Origin: Limoniibacter sp.
GTDB lineage: Bacteria; Pseudomonadota; Alphaproteobacteria; Rhizobiales; Rhizobiaceae
DNA length: 63,889 nt
NCBI GenBank assembly: GCA_031374255.1
Contig: JANMFT010000102.1
Span: forward strand, 1 to 63,889
Direction: 5' to 3'
Shown: in pieces, positions 19,459 through 29,323 of the stretch
Layout: the number at the start of each line of letters is the position of its first letter
Numbering within the stretch: the first letter of the stretch is position 1
Notes under the pieces: model-generated
What the model was told of the DNA's origin: nothing
Seen by the model: only the letters and a program-made list of their open reading frames with translations
The model's database searches: none
Made by a program: the position numbers and the translations under genes

Positions 19459-20439
19459 ATGAAAGGCCTGACGCGAATGTTCAGTTTCAAACACGCTTTA
19501 CGACTGTGCTTCGTAGCACTGGCGATTGCTTTCACCGGCACTGCAAACGCCGCTGAACCTCTTGCTAAGGACTTGTTTGGCGCGCAAAAAACCGGCGCGG
19601 CGGGGCCAGCGGCATCCTACGGGTTTTATTCGAAAGGCTGCTATAGCGGGGGCGTTGCCATCGCAACCGACGGGCCAACATGGCAGGTGATGCGGTTGTC
19701 GCGCAACCGTATGTGGGGCCACCCGCAAATGATCGCGCTTCTCGAAGACCTGTCGCAAAAAGCGGTTGCCGGTGGTTGGCCGGGGCTGCTGCTCGGCGAC
19801 ATTTCGCAGCCGCGCGGCGGACCAATGCTCACCGGCCACGCGTCGCACCAGATCGGACTTGATGCTGATATTTGGCTCACAAAAATGCCCGACAAGCGCC
19901 TGTCGGCAACGCAGCGCGAAAACATGGCTGCCACCTCAATGCTCAAAAAAGGTTCGCTCTATGTCAATGATTCAATCTGGACAGAAGCGCATGGCAATCT
20001 AATTAAACAGGCGGCGTCCTATCCCAATGTCGAGCGGGTTCTGGTTCACCCCGGCATTAAAAAGAAACTTTGTGATACCATGGCAGGCGACCGATCTTGG
20101 ATGAGCAAAGTGCGCCCGTTTTGGGGGCATGAATATCATATGCATGTGCGTCTGGGCTGCCCGAAAGGTTCGCCCGGCTGTAAGGGGCAAGAGAAAACAC
20201 AGGCCGGTGATGGTTGTGGCAAGGATTTGGCGTGGTGGTTCACTGATGAGCCTTGGAAGAAAGCACCGCCCGGCACTAAACCTAAACCGCCCGCGCGCGA
20301 TACTATGACAATGGCCAGCTTGCCTGCCGCCTGCCGTGCTGTACTCGAAGGCGGCGATGCCCCACGTACAGCCAAACAACCACAGCAAGCCGCTAATCAA
20401 GCTGCGCCAGCAGTTCCTGAAGCAAGACCGGAAAATTAG
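19459..20439 (+). CDS. mepA: penicillin-insensitive murein endopeptidase MepA (peptidase M74)
   Basis: Signal peptide plus the motifs HASHQIGLDADIW and HEYHMHVRL. Confidence 0.9.
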   Translation: MKGLTRMFSFKHALRLCFVALAIAFTGTANAAEPLAKDLFGAQKTGAAGPAASYGFYSKGCYSGGVAIATDGPTWQVMRLSRNRMWGHPQMIALLEDLSQKAVAGGWPGLLLGDISQPRGGPMLTGHASHQIGLDADIWLTKMPDKRLSATQRENMAATSMLKKGSLYVNDSIWTEAHGNLIKQAASYPNVERVLVHPGIKKKLCDTMAGDRSWMSKVRPFWGHEYHMHVRLGCPKGSPGCKGQEKTQAGDGCGKDLAWWFTDEPWKKAPPGTKPKPPARDTMTMASLPAACRAVLEGGDAPRTAKQPQQAANQAAPAVPEARPEN

Positions 20440-20543
20440 AGGCTGCGCATCAATAATTTGCATGATTGATCATTTTGCAGAATACAAAAATGCGGTAAGG
20501 CGTTCTGGCTTGTATTGCCCAAAGCCCTTTGGAACTACCCCTG

Positions 20544-21566
20544 ATGTCTATGACAGACGCTGACGATATACTGAAATTCCCAATTCTCGTCGGTGATATT
20601 GGCGGTACCAATGCGCGTTTTGCGTTGCTGGTTGATCCACATGCTGAGCCGAAAATGTTCGAGATTGTGCAAACCAGCGATTTTGCCACCATTGATGATG
20701 CCATACAGGCCGCGGTTCTTGATAAAACCTCGCTGCAACCGCGAACCGCTGTTTTGGCGATTGCCGGGCCGGTCGATGGCGATGAAATCGCGCTCACCAA
20801 TTGCCCATGGGTGGTGAAGCCCCGCGCCATGATCGCCGGTTTGGGCTTGGAAGACGTTATTGTGATCAATGATTTTGAGGCGCAGGCTTTGGCGGTCGTT
20901 GCGCTTGACGAAAATAACCTCACATCCATCGGCAATGGCACTCCGGAACTTTACGGCAGCCGCGTTGTGCTAGGCCCCGGCACAGGCCTTGGCGTTGCTG
21001 GCCTTGTGCATGCCCGCCATGCGTGGATACCGGTTCCAGGTGAGGGCGGGCATATTGACGTTGGCCCGAGAACCGACCGTGAGCGAGAAATTTTCCCGCA
21101 TATTGAAGCCATTGATGGCCGTATCTCCGCCGAGCAAGTGCTATGCGGGCGCGGACTCGTCAATATTTACCGCGCTATTGTCGCGGTGCGCGGTGGCATC
21201 GATATGTTTACCCAGCCTGCTGAAATCTCAATTGCCGGGCTTGATGGTTCTAATGCCGATGCAGTCGAAGCGGTGGATTTATTTGCAGTCCTGCTGGGTC
21301 GTGTGGCCGGTGATATGGCCTTGGTGTTTATGGCGCGCGGCGGTGTCTTTTTGGCAGGCGGTATTTCGCAGCATATTTTACCGGCTTTACAGCGTCCGGG
21401 TTTTCGTGCCGCGTTTAATGATAAAGCCCCCCATTCTGAACTTATGGCATCAATGCCGATTTATGTTGTCACCCACCCAACTGCGGCTTTGGTCGGGCTT
21501 GCTGCTTTTGCGCGGACACCTGCGCGATTTGGGGTCGGGATAGAAAACCGGCGCTGGCGCAAGTGA
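20544..21566 (+). CDS. glk: glucokinase
   Basis: N-terminal [18 protein letters not shown]-binding motif; about 340 aa. The ORF opens at TTG 20529 and the first ATG is at 20544. Confidence 0.93.
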   Translation: MSMTDADDILKFPILVGDIGGTNARFALLVDPHAEPKMFEIVQTSDFATIDDAIQAAVLDKTSLQPRTAVLAIAGPVDGDEIALTNCPWVVKPRAMIAGLGLEDVIVINDFEAQALAVVALDENNLTSIGNGTPELYGSRVVLGPGTGLGVAGLVHARHAWIPVPGEGGHIDVGPRTDREREIFPHIEAIDGRISAEQVLCGRGLVNIYRAIVAVRGGIDMFTQPAEISIAGLDGSNADAVEAVDLFAVLLGRVAGDMALVFMARGGVFLAGGISQHILPALQRPGFRAAFNDKAPHSELMASMPIYVVTHPTAALVGLAAFARTPARFGVGIENRRWRK

Positions 21567-23386
21567 ATACGAAAAAGCCGGCAATAAGAGAAGCTAAAAC
21601 CTCCGCCCTGGTGACAACTACGGCTCCTGCCGGCACGCGGGCGATGCTGAGGCGTATCTTTAGTGAAAATATTGGAAGCTTCAAAAAAGAATATACGCTC
21701 ATCGTCATCTGCCTGCTGATCGTCGCGGTCACGACCGCCTTTGCCGCATGGATAATGCGCGATGTCATTGACCAGATCTTTTACAGCAAGCGCGCTGACC
21801 TGATCGGAATTATCAGCCTTTCAATTATGGCCGCTTTTTTCATTCGCGGTATCGCAAGTTACATTCAGGCTGTTGCGATGGCGCGGGTCGGTAATGCCAT
21901 GGTTGCGCGTTATCAAAGGCGGCTGTTTTCGCATTTGATGACCCTTGGGTTTGACTTTTACAGCTCAACCCGCTCGGCGCAATTGGCAGCGCGGATCGCC
22001 GAAAATATTGGCGGTATTCGTGATGTCATGAGCACCACAATCAGCGCTTTTGCCCGTGATTTGGTAACGCTGATCGGGCTGGTGGGGGTGATGATTTTTC
22101 AAGATCCCGTATTATCCCTGTCTGCGCTTATCATCGGCCCGCCGCTGCTGATTACGGTCGCTTACGTGATGCGGCGGGTTCGGGCAATTGCACGCCAAGC
22201 CGTTGAAATCAATTCACGTTTATTGGGCGCGATGCAGGAAACCGTGCAAGGCATGACCATTGTCAAAGCATTCACAATGGAGCAGCAGCTTGAACAAAAG
22301 CTTGATCAACTGGTGGCCTATGCTGAAAACCGCGCCAATAAAATTGCCGCTGTCTCAGAGCGAACCGGCCCGGTTGCCGAAATGCTGGCTGGCTTTGCTG
22401 TGGCCGGTGTTGTTGCCTATGGTGGTTATCGCGCGCTGCATTATGGCCAATCACCCGGCGCAACATTCTCATTTATCACTGCCTTGCTGCTTGCCTATGA
22501 TCCTGCACGGCGTTTGGCAAAATTGCAGGTCAATCTTGAGCGGGCGCTGGTCAATGCGCATATGGTGTATGAGATTTTGGATATGCCTGCCGGTCAGGCC
22601 GAACAGGACGGCCAAACTGTCTTCAAACCTGCCAAAGGTGAAATCCAATTTGAAAACGTCACGTTCGGGTATCAGCCGGAATTGCCGGTGCTGCGCGATT
22701 TAAGTCTTATCGCAAAGGGTGGAAAAACACTTGCTTTGGTTGGGCCGTCAGGCGCGGGCAAAAGCACAATCGTGTCCATGGTGCTTGGATTTCATAAACC
22801 GCAAACCGGTCAAATTCTGATAGATGGTCAGGACGTCGCTCACCTCAACCGCAAGTCATTGCGCGGTTCTATCGCCTATGTTTCGCAGCAGGCCTATATG
22901 TTTGAAGGAACCGTACGCGACAACATCCGCTATGGACGCCCTGATGCGAGTGATGCTGAAGTCGAAGAGGCTGCCCGTCTGGCGGAAGCTGATGAGTTTA
23001 TCCGTTTGATGCCTCAGGGCTATGATACGCCGCTGGGCGAGAATGGCTCAACAGTCTCTGGTGGCCAGCGTCAGCGCCTGTCTATTGCGCGGGCGATTGT
23101 GCGCAATGCACCAATATTATTGCTCGACGAGGCGACATCGGCGCTTGACACTGAATCTGAGCGCAAGGTGCAAACCGCACTTGAGGGCCTGATGAAAAAC
23201 CGCACGACAATCGTGATTGCGCACCGGCTTTCCACCATTAAAAATGCGGACGTGATTTTGGTAATGGAAGAGGGCAGGATTGTTGAAAGCGGCACACATA
23301 CAGCTTTGCTGAAACGCAAGAATGGTGCTTATGCACGGCTCAATGCGACAGGCACTTTGGTTGCCGAAGAAGGAATTTCAACATGA
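21563..23386 (+). CDS. ABC exporter, fused permease/ATPase (MsbA-like family)
   Basis: Six-TM N-terminal half. Walker [10 protein letters not shown], signature [14 protein letters not shown], Walker [13 protein letters not shown]. The GTG start overlaps the glk stop (GTGA). Confidence 0.9.
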   Translation: MNTKKPAIREAKTSALVTTTAPAGTRAMLRRIFSENIGSFKKEYTLIVICLLIVAVTTAFAAWIMRDVIDQIFYSKRADLIGIISLSIMAAFFIRGIASYIQAVAMARVGNAMVARYQRRLFSHLMTLGFDFYSSTRSAQLAARIAENIGGIRDVMSTTISAFARDLVTLIGLVGVMIFQDPVLSLSALIIGPPLLITVAYVMRRVRAIARQAVEINSRLLGAMQETVQGMTIVKAFTMEQQLEQKLDQLVAYAENRANKIAAVSERTGPVAEMLAGFAVAGVVAYGGYRALHYGQSPGATFSFITALLLAYDPARRLAKLQVNLERALVNAHMVYEILDMPAGQAEQDGQTVFKPAKGEIQFENVTFGYQPELPVLRDLSLIAKGGKTLALVGPSGAGKSTIVSMVLGFHKPQTGQILIDGQDVAHLNRKSLRGSIAYVSQQAYMFEGTVRDNIRYGRPDASDAEVEEAARLAEADEFIRLMPQGYDTPLGENGSTVSGGQRQRLSIARAIVRNAPILLLDEATSALDTESERKVQTALEGLMKNRTTIVIAHRLSTIKNADVILVMEEGRIVESGTHTALLKRKNGAYARLNATGTLVAEEGIST

Positions 23387-24183
23387 ATATTGTTGTCACC
23401 GGCGCTGCGGGCCGCATGGGCCGGACACTGATTGCAACAATTGCCATGACACCCGGCGCAACATTGAGTGCTGCATTGGAGCGCGAAGGTTCATCCCATA
23501 TTGGCGCTGATTGCGGCGTTATGGCTGGCCTTGAGGCCAATGGCATAAAGATAATATCCGATGCTGTTACTGCCATTGCCACCGCAGACGCGATCTTGGA
23601 TTTTACATCGCCTGACGCCACCGTTGCGTTTAGTGTTTTAGCTGCGCAAGCGCGCGCAAGCCATATCGTCGGCACAACGGGTTTACAAACGCATCACATC
23701 GAAGCACTTCGCGCCGCCGCGCGCCATACTGTGGTGATGCAATCGGGCAATATGAGCCTTGGGGTTAATCTGTTGTCGGTGCTGGTCGAGCAAGCGGCAA
23801 AGTCGCTTAGCTCATCCGGCTGGGATATTGAAATTGCCGAGATGCATCACAAGCATAAAGTCGATGCCCCATCCGGCACGGCAATCATGCTGGGCGAAGC
23901 TGCATCCCGCGGACGCGGGATCAATCTAAGTGAAAAAAGCGTCCGCACCCGCGATGGCCATACGGGCGCACGGCCAGAAGGCGCAATTGGGTTTGCAACT
24001 TTGCGCGGCGGATCAGTAGTAGGCGAACATTCGGTCTTGTTTGCAGGAGAAGGCGAAACCATTGAGCTTTCCCACCGCGCTATTGACCGCAGCATTTTTG
24101 CGCGTGGCGCTGTCCATGCGGCTCTATGGGGCCAAGGCAAAAAGCCGGGGTTTTATTCCATGCGCGATGTTTTGGGTTTGTGA
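23383..24183 (+). CDS. dapB: 4-hydroxy-tetrahydrodipicolinate reductase
   Basis: [12 protein letters not shown] Rossmann motif and [15 protein letters not shown] motif. ATGA overlap with the upstream gene. Confidence 0.95.
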   Translation: MNIVVTGAAGRMGRTLIATIAMTPGATLSAALEREGSSHIGADCGVMAGLEANGIKIISDAVTAIATADAILDFTSPDATVAFSVLAAQARASHIVGTTGLQTHHIEALRAAARHTVVMQSGNMSLGVNLLSVLVEQAAKSLSSSGWDIEIAEMHHKHKVDAPSGTAIMLGEAASRGRGINLSEKSVRTRDGHTGARPEGAIGFATLRGGSVVGEHSVLFAGEGETIELSHRAIDRSIFARGAVHAALWGQGKKPGFYSMRDVLGL

Positions 24184-24205
24184 TTTTTGAAGAAGGATTG
24201 AGTTG

Positions 24206-24823
24206 ATGAGCGGAACATTGGTGCTGGTCAGGCACGGCCAAAGCGACTGGAACTTGAAAAACCTGTTCACCGGCTGGCGTGACCCTGATCTGACACCTAA
24301 AGGCATTGAAGAGGCCAAGGCCGCGGGCGCCAAGCTTAAAGCCAAAGGGTTGCATTTTGATGTGGCCTATACATCTGAACTCGTCCGTGCGCAGCATACG
24401 CTTGCCCTCATTCTTGGCGAACTTGGCCAAAGCAATCTCCCGGTAATCAAAAATATTGCGCTCAATGAGCGCGACTATGGCGAACTTTCAGGCCTTAACA
24501 AAGACGATGCGCGCGCCAAATGGGGTGAAGACCAGGTGCATATCTGGCGGCGATCTTATGACGTGCCGCCACCGGGCGGTGAAAGCCTCAAAGATACGCT
24601 GGCCCGTGCCCTGCCATATTTTGTCACCGATATTTTGCCGGATGTTTTATCGGGCAAAACCGTGATTGTTGCCGCCCATGGCAATTCACTCCGCGCTATC
24701 GCTAAAGTCTTGAAAAGGCTTAACAATGAAGAAATATTAGGGTTTGAAATTGCGACCGGCGTGCCTGCAATTTATAAACTTGGGCCTGATAGCCGTGTGA
24801 AACATTACGAAGTTTTGGATTAA
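24206..24823 (+). CDS. gpmA: 2,3-bisphosphoglycerate-dependent phosphoglycerate mutase
   Basis: [12 protein letters not shown] (RHG motif) and AAHGNSLRA. This is the short (about 206 aa) alphaproteobacterial form. Confidence 0.93.
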   Translation: MSGTLVLVRHGQSDWNLKNLFTGWRDPDLTPKGIEEAKAAGAKLKAKGLHFDVAYTSELVRAQHTLALILGELGQSNLPVIKNIALNERDYGELSGLNKDDARAKWGEDQVHIWRRSYDVPPPGGESLKDTLARALPYFVTDILPDVLSGKTVIVAAHGNSLRAIAKVLKRLNNEEILGFEIATGVPAIYKLGPDSRVKHYEVLD

Positions 24824-24825
24824 AG

Positions 24826-26028
24826 ATGGCCCGCAAAGCTCGCATCATCGCCTTTGGTCTGGCGCTACTCACCGGAGTTGTTGGCGTGACCGCTTATGCT
24901 AACCGCGATAAACTTGAGCGCCTTTCCAACGTTAATTCACTGTTCAATGAAAACCGGATTGTCAGCAACTTTTCATCGATCAAGGACCTGTTTTATTGGG
25001 CGCTGGTTGCGCGGTCTGGTGCGATCTATGAGTGGCCGGTTGAAAAAAAGATGCTGCCTGCAGATTATATCTGGAAAAGCAAAACCAAAAATACCAAAGA
25101 CTGGCTGAAGGCCACCAGCACAACGTCGCTCGTCATCATCAAAAACGGCAATTTGGTTTTTGAAGATTATTACCTCGGCACCAGGCCCGAAGACCGGCGC
25201 ATATCGTGGTCGGTCGCCAAATCGTTTTTGTCGGCTATGTTTGGTATTGCGGTTGCAGACGGGCGTATCAAAAGTCTTGATGACGCGGTGGACATTTACG
25301 CGCCCAATCTTAAAGGATCGGTCTATCAGGGTGTTTCGATCCGCAATGTGCTCAATATGGCTTCCGGCATCGCTTTTAATGAAGACTATCTGAGCTTCTG
25401 GTCCGATATTAATAAAATGGGCCGTGTGCTGGCGCTAGGTGGCTCAATGGATGGTTATGCTGCCAGTCTCACTAAACGTTCGCTTCCAGCCGGTCAGGCC
25501 CGCCAATATACCTCTATTGATACCCATGTATTGTCGATGGTTTTGCGCGGCGCGACGGGCGTACCGTTGCAGCAATTCATGGAACAGAATTTGTGGAACA
25601 AACTCGGCGTGGAGCAGGATGCCTATTATGTGACTGACAGCCAAAGCGCGGCCTTTGCGCTTGGCGGCCTGAATGTCACCAGCCGCGATTACGCACGCTT
25701 TGGACAGATGATGCTGGGGTTTGGTGCGTTTAATGGTCATCAAATCATCCCCGCAGATTGGGCGATGAAATCGGTTGAGAATACCGCGCCAAAAACATCT
25801 GGCACCGACCGTTTTGGCTATGGTTATCAATGGTGGCTGCCCGAAAATGCCAATGGAGAATTTTTTGCTGTTGGAATTTATGGCCAGTATATTTACGTCA
25901 ACCGGCCGCTTGGCACCATTGTGGTGAAAACCTCTGCCGATCGCGCCTTTATGAGCGACGGCGAAGGTGGCGCTGTGATTGCGGAAGAAACACTTGAAAT
26001 GTTCAGGGCGTTTGCCAACACAATGTAA
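24826..26028 (+). CDS. serine hydrolase, beta-lactamase (class C-like) family
   Basis: N-terminal TM/signal segment and an SxxK motif (SVAKSF); 400 aa. Confidence 0.8.
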   Translation: MARKARIIAFGLALLTGVVGVTAYANRDKLERLSNVNSLFNENRIVSNFSSIKDLFYWALVARSGAIYEWPVEKKMLPADYIWKSKTKNTKDWLKATSTTSLVIIKNGNLVFEDYYLGTRPEDRRISWSVAKSFLSAMFGIAVADGRIKSLDDAVDIYAPNLKGSVYQGVSIRNVLNMASGIAFNEDYLSFWSDINKMGRVLALGGSMDGYAASLTKRSLPAGQARQYTSIDTHVLSMVLRGATGVPLQQFMEQNLWNKLGVEQDAYYVTDSQSAAFALGGLNVTSRDYARFGQMMLGFGAFNGHQIIPADWAMKSVENTAPKTSGTDRFGYGYQWWLPENANGEFFAVGIYGQYIYVNRPLGTIVVKTSADRAFMSDGEGGAVIAEETLEMFRAFANTM

Positions 26029-26078
26029 GCTCTTACATCCGTTGATCATGACTGCCGGTCAACCCCCCTGATTTTGCG

Positions 26079-26107
26079 TTGACAGCCAAGGCTCGCCCGC
26101 TTAGACG
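26079..26107 (+). promoter_or_regulatory. possible sigma70-type promoter for tRNA-Leu
   Basis: TTGACA (26079-26084), a 17-nt spacer, then TAGACG (26102-26107), 13 nt before the tRNA 5' end. The -10 element is weak. Confidence 0.3.
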
Positions 26108-26120
26108 AACCCTGCGTAGG

Positions 26121-26207
26121 GCCCAGATGGCGGAATTGGTAGACGCGCCAGCTTCAGGTGCTGGTACTGGTAACGGTGTGGAGGTTCGAGTCCTCTTCTG
26201 GGCACCA
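26121..26207 (+). tRNA. tRNA-Leu (anticodon CAG), encoded CCA
   Basis: Folded by hand. Acceptor GCCCAGA/TCTGGGC. Anticodon stem CCAGC/GCTGG with loop TTCAGGT. Long variable arm. T-arm GGAGG-TTCGAGT-CCTCT. Discriminator A followed by CCA. Confidence 0.95.
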
Positions 26208-26254
26208 AACGCAAGAACAACGGTTGTTTTATGCAATCCGAGACTGTCCAAAGA

Positions 26255-26275
26255 GCCCGCGAAAGCGGGTTTTTT
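26255..26275 (+). terminator. intrinsic terminator after tRNA-Leu
   Basis: GCCCGC-GAAA-GCGGGT followed by TTTTT. Confidence 0.6.
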
Positions 26276-26360
26276 GCGGGTTTTTGCAGGAAATCAAGCA
26301 TTTTGTGCTAAAATTGGTTCCAGCGCTGTCCAATGCCGTTTGCTGGCATCCAAACAATTT

Positions 26361-26420
26361 GTTGGTATTTTTGTTGGTATTTTGCAAAATACCAACACAT
26401 GATCCAACAAAAATACCAAC
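26361..26420. repeat. five in-phase 12-nt units (2 direct, 3 inverted, one of them degenerate), including a perfect 24-bp palindrome, abutting the integrase ATG
   Basis: GTTGGTATTTTT (26361-72), GTTGGTATTTTG (26373-84), CAAAATACCAAC (26385-96), ACATGATCCAAC (26397-408, degenerate), AAAAATACCAAC (26409-20). The ATG is at 26423. Confidence 0.85.
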
Positions 26421-26422
26421 AA

Positions 26423-27721
26423 ATGCCCTTAAACGATAGACAAATCAATAACTTAAGGCCTTCCGAAAAGCCCCAAAAACACAGTGATGGCGGCGGCTTG
26501 CATCTTTTTGTGTCGCCAAGCGGTGGAAAACTATGGCGGATGGCTTACCGACTGAATGCCCAGCAAAAGCTGATCTCGTTTGGCGCTTACCCAGCAATTG
26601 GTTTGGCTGAAGCCCGATTAAAACGCGATGACGTAAAAAAGTTGTTGGCAACCGGTATTGATCCGGCATTCCAAGCCAAACAAGACAAAGCAACCAAACA
26701 AGCGGCTGATGCCAACACGTTTGGCGCAATCGCTGAAGAGTTTTTGGCTAAAAACCAAAAAGAAGGCAAAGCCGATACAACGCTATCCAAAAAGCGATGG
26801 CTGATCAGCCTAGCAGCCAATGATATTGGAAACCGTGCAATTGGGGACATTACAGCCAGAGAAATTCTGATTCCGCTTCGCAAGGTGGAAGCCCAAGGCA
26901 ATTACGAAACCGCACGGCGGTTGCGCGCAATTATCAGCCAAGTGTTTCGCTATGCCATTGCAACGTCAAAGGCTGAGAATGATCCAACGTTTGGTCTTAA
27001 AGGGGCACTCATAACACCTAAAGTTGCGCACCGCGCGGCGGCAACCAATTGGGATGATTTTGAACGCTTGATCCAAGCGGTTTGGAAATATCAAGGATCA
27101 ACAGAAACAAACGCGGCGTTAAAGCTGATGGCTTTGCTTTATCCGAGGCCAGGCGAATTGCGCCAAGCAGAATGGATCGAGTTTGATCTTGAGAACGCCG
27201 TTTGGATTATACCGGCGACAGGAGCCAAAATGCGCCGCGCTCACAAGAAGCCATTGCCTGCAATCGCGGTGGACGTGCTTCGCGACCTTCAGCGTTACAC
27301 TGGCAACCGGCGCTTGGTATTTCCTTCGACGCAATCAGCCGAACGCCCGATGAGCGAAAACACGATGAACCTTGCTTTGCGCCGGATGGGCTTTGGTAAA
27401 GCTGAAGCCACTTCACATGGATTTCGTGCAAGCGCTTCAACCTTGCTCAATGAAAGCGGCCTTTGGGCAGCTGATGCGATTGAAGCAGAGTTGGCGCACC
27501 AAGGAAGCAACGAAGTGCGCCGTGCATATCACCGCGCAACCTATTGGGATGAACGGGCAAGGATGGCAGATTGGTGGGCAGGTGAAATCTCAAAGCTTTT
27601 AGGATCAATAAATGACAGATTGGTTCGGAAACTATACGTGGCGGCTGCTGGCAGGAGTCGATGCGCCAGATTTTGCGTATCGGTGCCGGATGCCAGAATG
27701 GCATTTGGAGGAAGGCGTTAG
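26423..27721 (+). CDS. int: P4-type tyrosine integrase (DUF4102 N-terminal domain)
   Basis: N-terminus MPLNDRQINNLRPSEKPQKHSDGGGLHLFVSPSGGKLWRMAYR is typical of tRNA-associated island integrases. Catalytic HGFRASAST (HxxR) and RRAYHRATY (Tyr) are present. The ORF opens at 26333, but that part only translates the DNA repeats. Confidence 0.9.
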   Translation: MPLNDRQINNLRPSEKPQKHSDGGGLHLFVSPSGGKLWRMAYRLNAQQKLISFGAYPAIGLAEARLKRDDVKKLLATGIDPAFQAKQDKATKQAADANTFGAIAEEFLAKNQKEGKADTTLSKKRWLISLAANDIGNRAIGDITAREILIPLRKVEAQGNYETARRLRAIISQVFRYAIATSKAENDPTFGLKGALITPKVAHRAAATNWDDFERLIQAVWKYQGSTETNAALKLMALLYPRPGELRQAEWIEFDLENAVWIIPATGAKMRRAHKKPLPAIAVDVLRDLQRYTGNRRLVFPSTQSAERPMSENTMNLALRRMGFGKAEATSHGFRASASTLLNESGLWAADAIEAELAHQGSNEVRRAYHRATYWDERARMADWWAGEISKLLGSINDRLVRKLYVAAAGRSRCARFCVSVPDARMAFGGRR

Positions 27722-28209
27722 TCTCGCGTTGGGTGCGGAACCTGAGAGTGTAAAGAAATATGTTGGAACCGGGTTGCGCAGGTAGCGTGGTGGCAAGCCG
27801 GTGGGATTTGCAGACATGATCGGGCCTCCGTGGGTTCAGTGAGGCCGCTGGCGAAGAGCGGCGGATCACGGCCACGATGGCGAAGCAATTCCGCGAAGGG
27901 GGATGGGGAAGATGGGGAGGCCAAAATCGCACCCCCCCAAAAGAAGGCCTAGATGCCCGTTGAGCTTTGCCTACTATGGGGCCCCGCCGTTGAGAACGCG
28001 GGACTGGCCAGACCCTGAAAGCAGCCATGGTTCCAGATTGGACAACGACCGCATCGAGCCCAAATGAGGCTTCCTGCTAGAGACCGGGCAGGCCAAAATG
28101 CTAATCAAAGGAAAGCGTCCCATTCTTCCGCCGCACTGCGAGATTCTGACAATAAAATTCAGGCGCTATACAGACTCAAAAGATCAGAAACGCAGAGTCT
28201 CAGCGAAAT

Positions 28210-28932
28210 CTAAGCCAAAAACGGATCGCCGTCCCAGTCGCCATGGCTTTTGAGAACGCGCAGGCGGGTAAAGGACGTGCGGTCGGTCATGAGCCCTGCG
28301 CGGTCATCGTCAATGCGGGCGCGGTGATGGCCGGGGTGATAGGCGGCCTGTTGCATCGCCTCATCCGATTTCCAGAGCGTGAAGGTGATCCCGTCGCGCC
28401 CTTCATATCGTCCCTGGAAGCCGGTGGCGCGCAGGTTCGTCGGCATCGTGCGAAACCAGTCAATAACATCGATGACGCTCGCCAGAAACTTCAAGATCCT
28501 CGGCATGGTTTCGGTGTTGACGACATCAAATCCCGCAGACGTGATGATGGCCAAAGGCCCGCCCGGATCAGTGGCCGCCGGGCGAATGGCGCTGCCGCTT
28601 TCCACTGTGCCGTGCAAGTTGACCTCTCCACGATGCGCGAAGGGCACGGCGAGACAATGCCAGGCTGCGGTTGTTTCGCTGAGCCATGGCATGGCCGTGA
28701 CGGGGTCGGCAAGCACTGCTTCAGCCTCGGCGCGACTGGCCCAGATGCTGAAACCACCCCAGAACTCCGACGTAGGCCATGGGCGCCCGTCCGCTCCAAT
28801 CGCGGCTTGCGGGCCCAAGCGCGAGAGTTTAGCACCCGGAACCGGCGGAAAGCTTCGTTCCGTGGCGGTAACCGCTTGCGCAAACTGCACGCGGTGAAAG
28901 GTGATCCAGTCGTGATGATCAGCAGTGGTCAT
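28210..28932 (-). CDS. hypothetical protein, spheroidene-monooxygenase (CrtA)-like family candidate
   Basis: 241 aa from ATG 28932, with GAGGGGG about 10 nt upstream. Segments ITFTLWKSDEAMQQAAYHPGHH and LAIITSAGF resemble CrtA-like proteins as I recall them. The antisense ORF is Arg-rich junk. About 65% GC. Confidence 0.5.
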   Translation of the reverse strand: MTTADHHDWITFHRVQFAQAVTATERSFPPVPGAKLSRLGPQAAIGADGRPWPTSEFWGGFSIWASRAEAEAVLADPVTAMPWLSETTAAWHCLAVPFAHRGEVNLHGTVESGSAIRPAATDPGGPLAIITSAGFDVVNTETMPRILKFLASVIDVIDWFRTMPTNLRATGFQGRYEGRDGITFTLWKSDEAMQQAAYHPGHHRARIDDDRAGLMTDRTSFTRLRVLKSHGDWDGDPFLA

Positions 28933-29323
28933 TTTGCAGCGCCCCCTCGTTGGTTCTTCCCAAACGTCGGCCAACCGAAGCTCCTCCGAAATAGAGGACG
29001 ACCAACCATCAAGACCATCGTTCTCTTTCTTCCTGCGTGCAAGCTTTTTCATTGCGCAGCCAGCGCGCGATGTTGGGGAACTTCTCAAGATCGCAGCCGA
29101 TGACTTCTCCCAGTGTCCGGGCACTTGATGCGAAGTTAAGGTTTGATCGTTCCGCTAAAGCTCCCTCTCTTGCGCACCGCATCCTGCGGAACGGGGGGCT
29201 CTCTCTGCTGATCGATTACCTGCCGCTTTCGGTCATGACGAGCCATTCATTGCATGGCTGGTGAGGTTCCCTCCGTCCGCACAGCAAACGTCTCGACCCG
29301 CACTGACTGCACTAACCTCCCGG

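Larger units (their letters stand above)
26208..29287. mobile_element. possible remnant of a tRNA-Leu-targeting integrative element (integrase plus GC-rich cargo); right end unresolved
   Basis: The integrase lies directly 3' of the tRNA, composition jumps to about 65% GC at 28.3 kb, and the gene at 29.3 kb is degraded. No convincing direct repeat of the tRNA 3' end was found. Confidence 0.3.

Noticed and set aside
20450-20941. 163-aa minus-strand ORF antisense to the 5' part of glk
   Set aside because: It overlaps the clear glucokinase frame ([12 protein letters not shown]). Composition is Ser/Ala-rich and low-complexity, with no start context.
26361-26420. The integrase-proximal 12-mer shares the 9-mer TTGGTATTT with the right half and flank of the GntR operator at 40527-40535, hinting that the sugar regulator controls the integrase
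   Set aside because: The half-site arrangement differs. The operator reads ACCAA-TATA-TTGGT head-to-head, whereas the array reads TTGGTATTTTG-CAAAATACCAA tail-to-tail with 12-nt phasing. A shared A/T-rich 9-mer is weak evidence, so I kept it only as something to test by EMSA.
27447-28028. 193-aa minus-strand ORF overlapping the integrase 3' end and the noncoding stretch
   Set aside because: The sequence is Pro/Arg-rich and nonsense-like, antisense to the integrase for about 275 nt, with no motif or RBS. I treat it as an artefact of GC-rich DNA.
28243-29103. 286-aa plus-strand ORF opposite the CrtA-like gene
   Set aside because: It is extremely Arg-rich (RRRDDGQRPARISGRRANG...), whereas the minus-strand frame has balanced composition and family-like segments. 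Only one of the two can be real.
29257-29287. Possible degenerate attR: GAGGTTC (29263-29269) matches the tRNA-Leu T-arm, followed by scattered matches (TCC, GCAC, CA)
   Set aside because: Only 7 contiguous identities. By rough estimate such a match to a 33-nt query is expected by chance in a few hundred nt. The location next to the damaged SDR end is suggestive but not sufficient.
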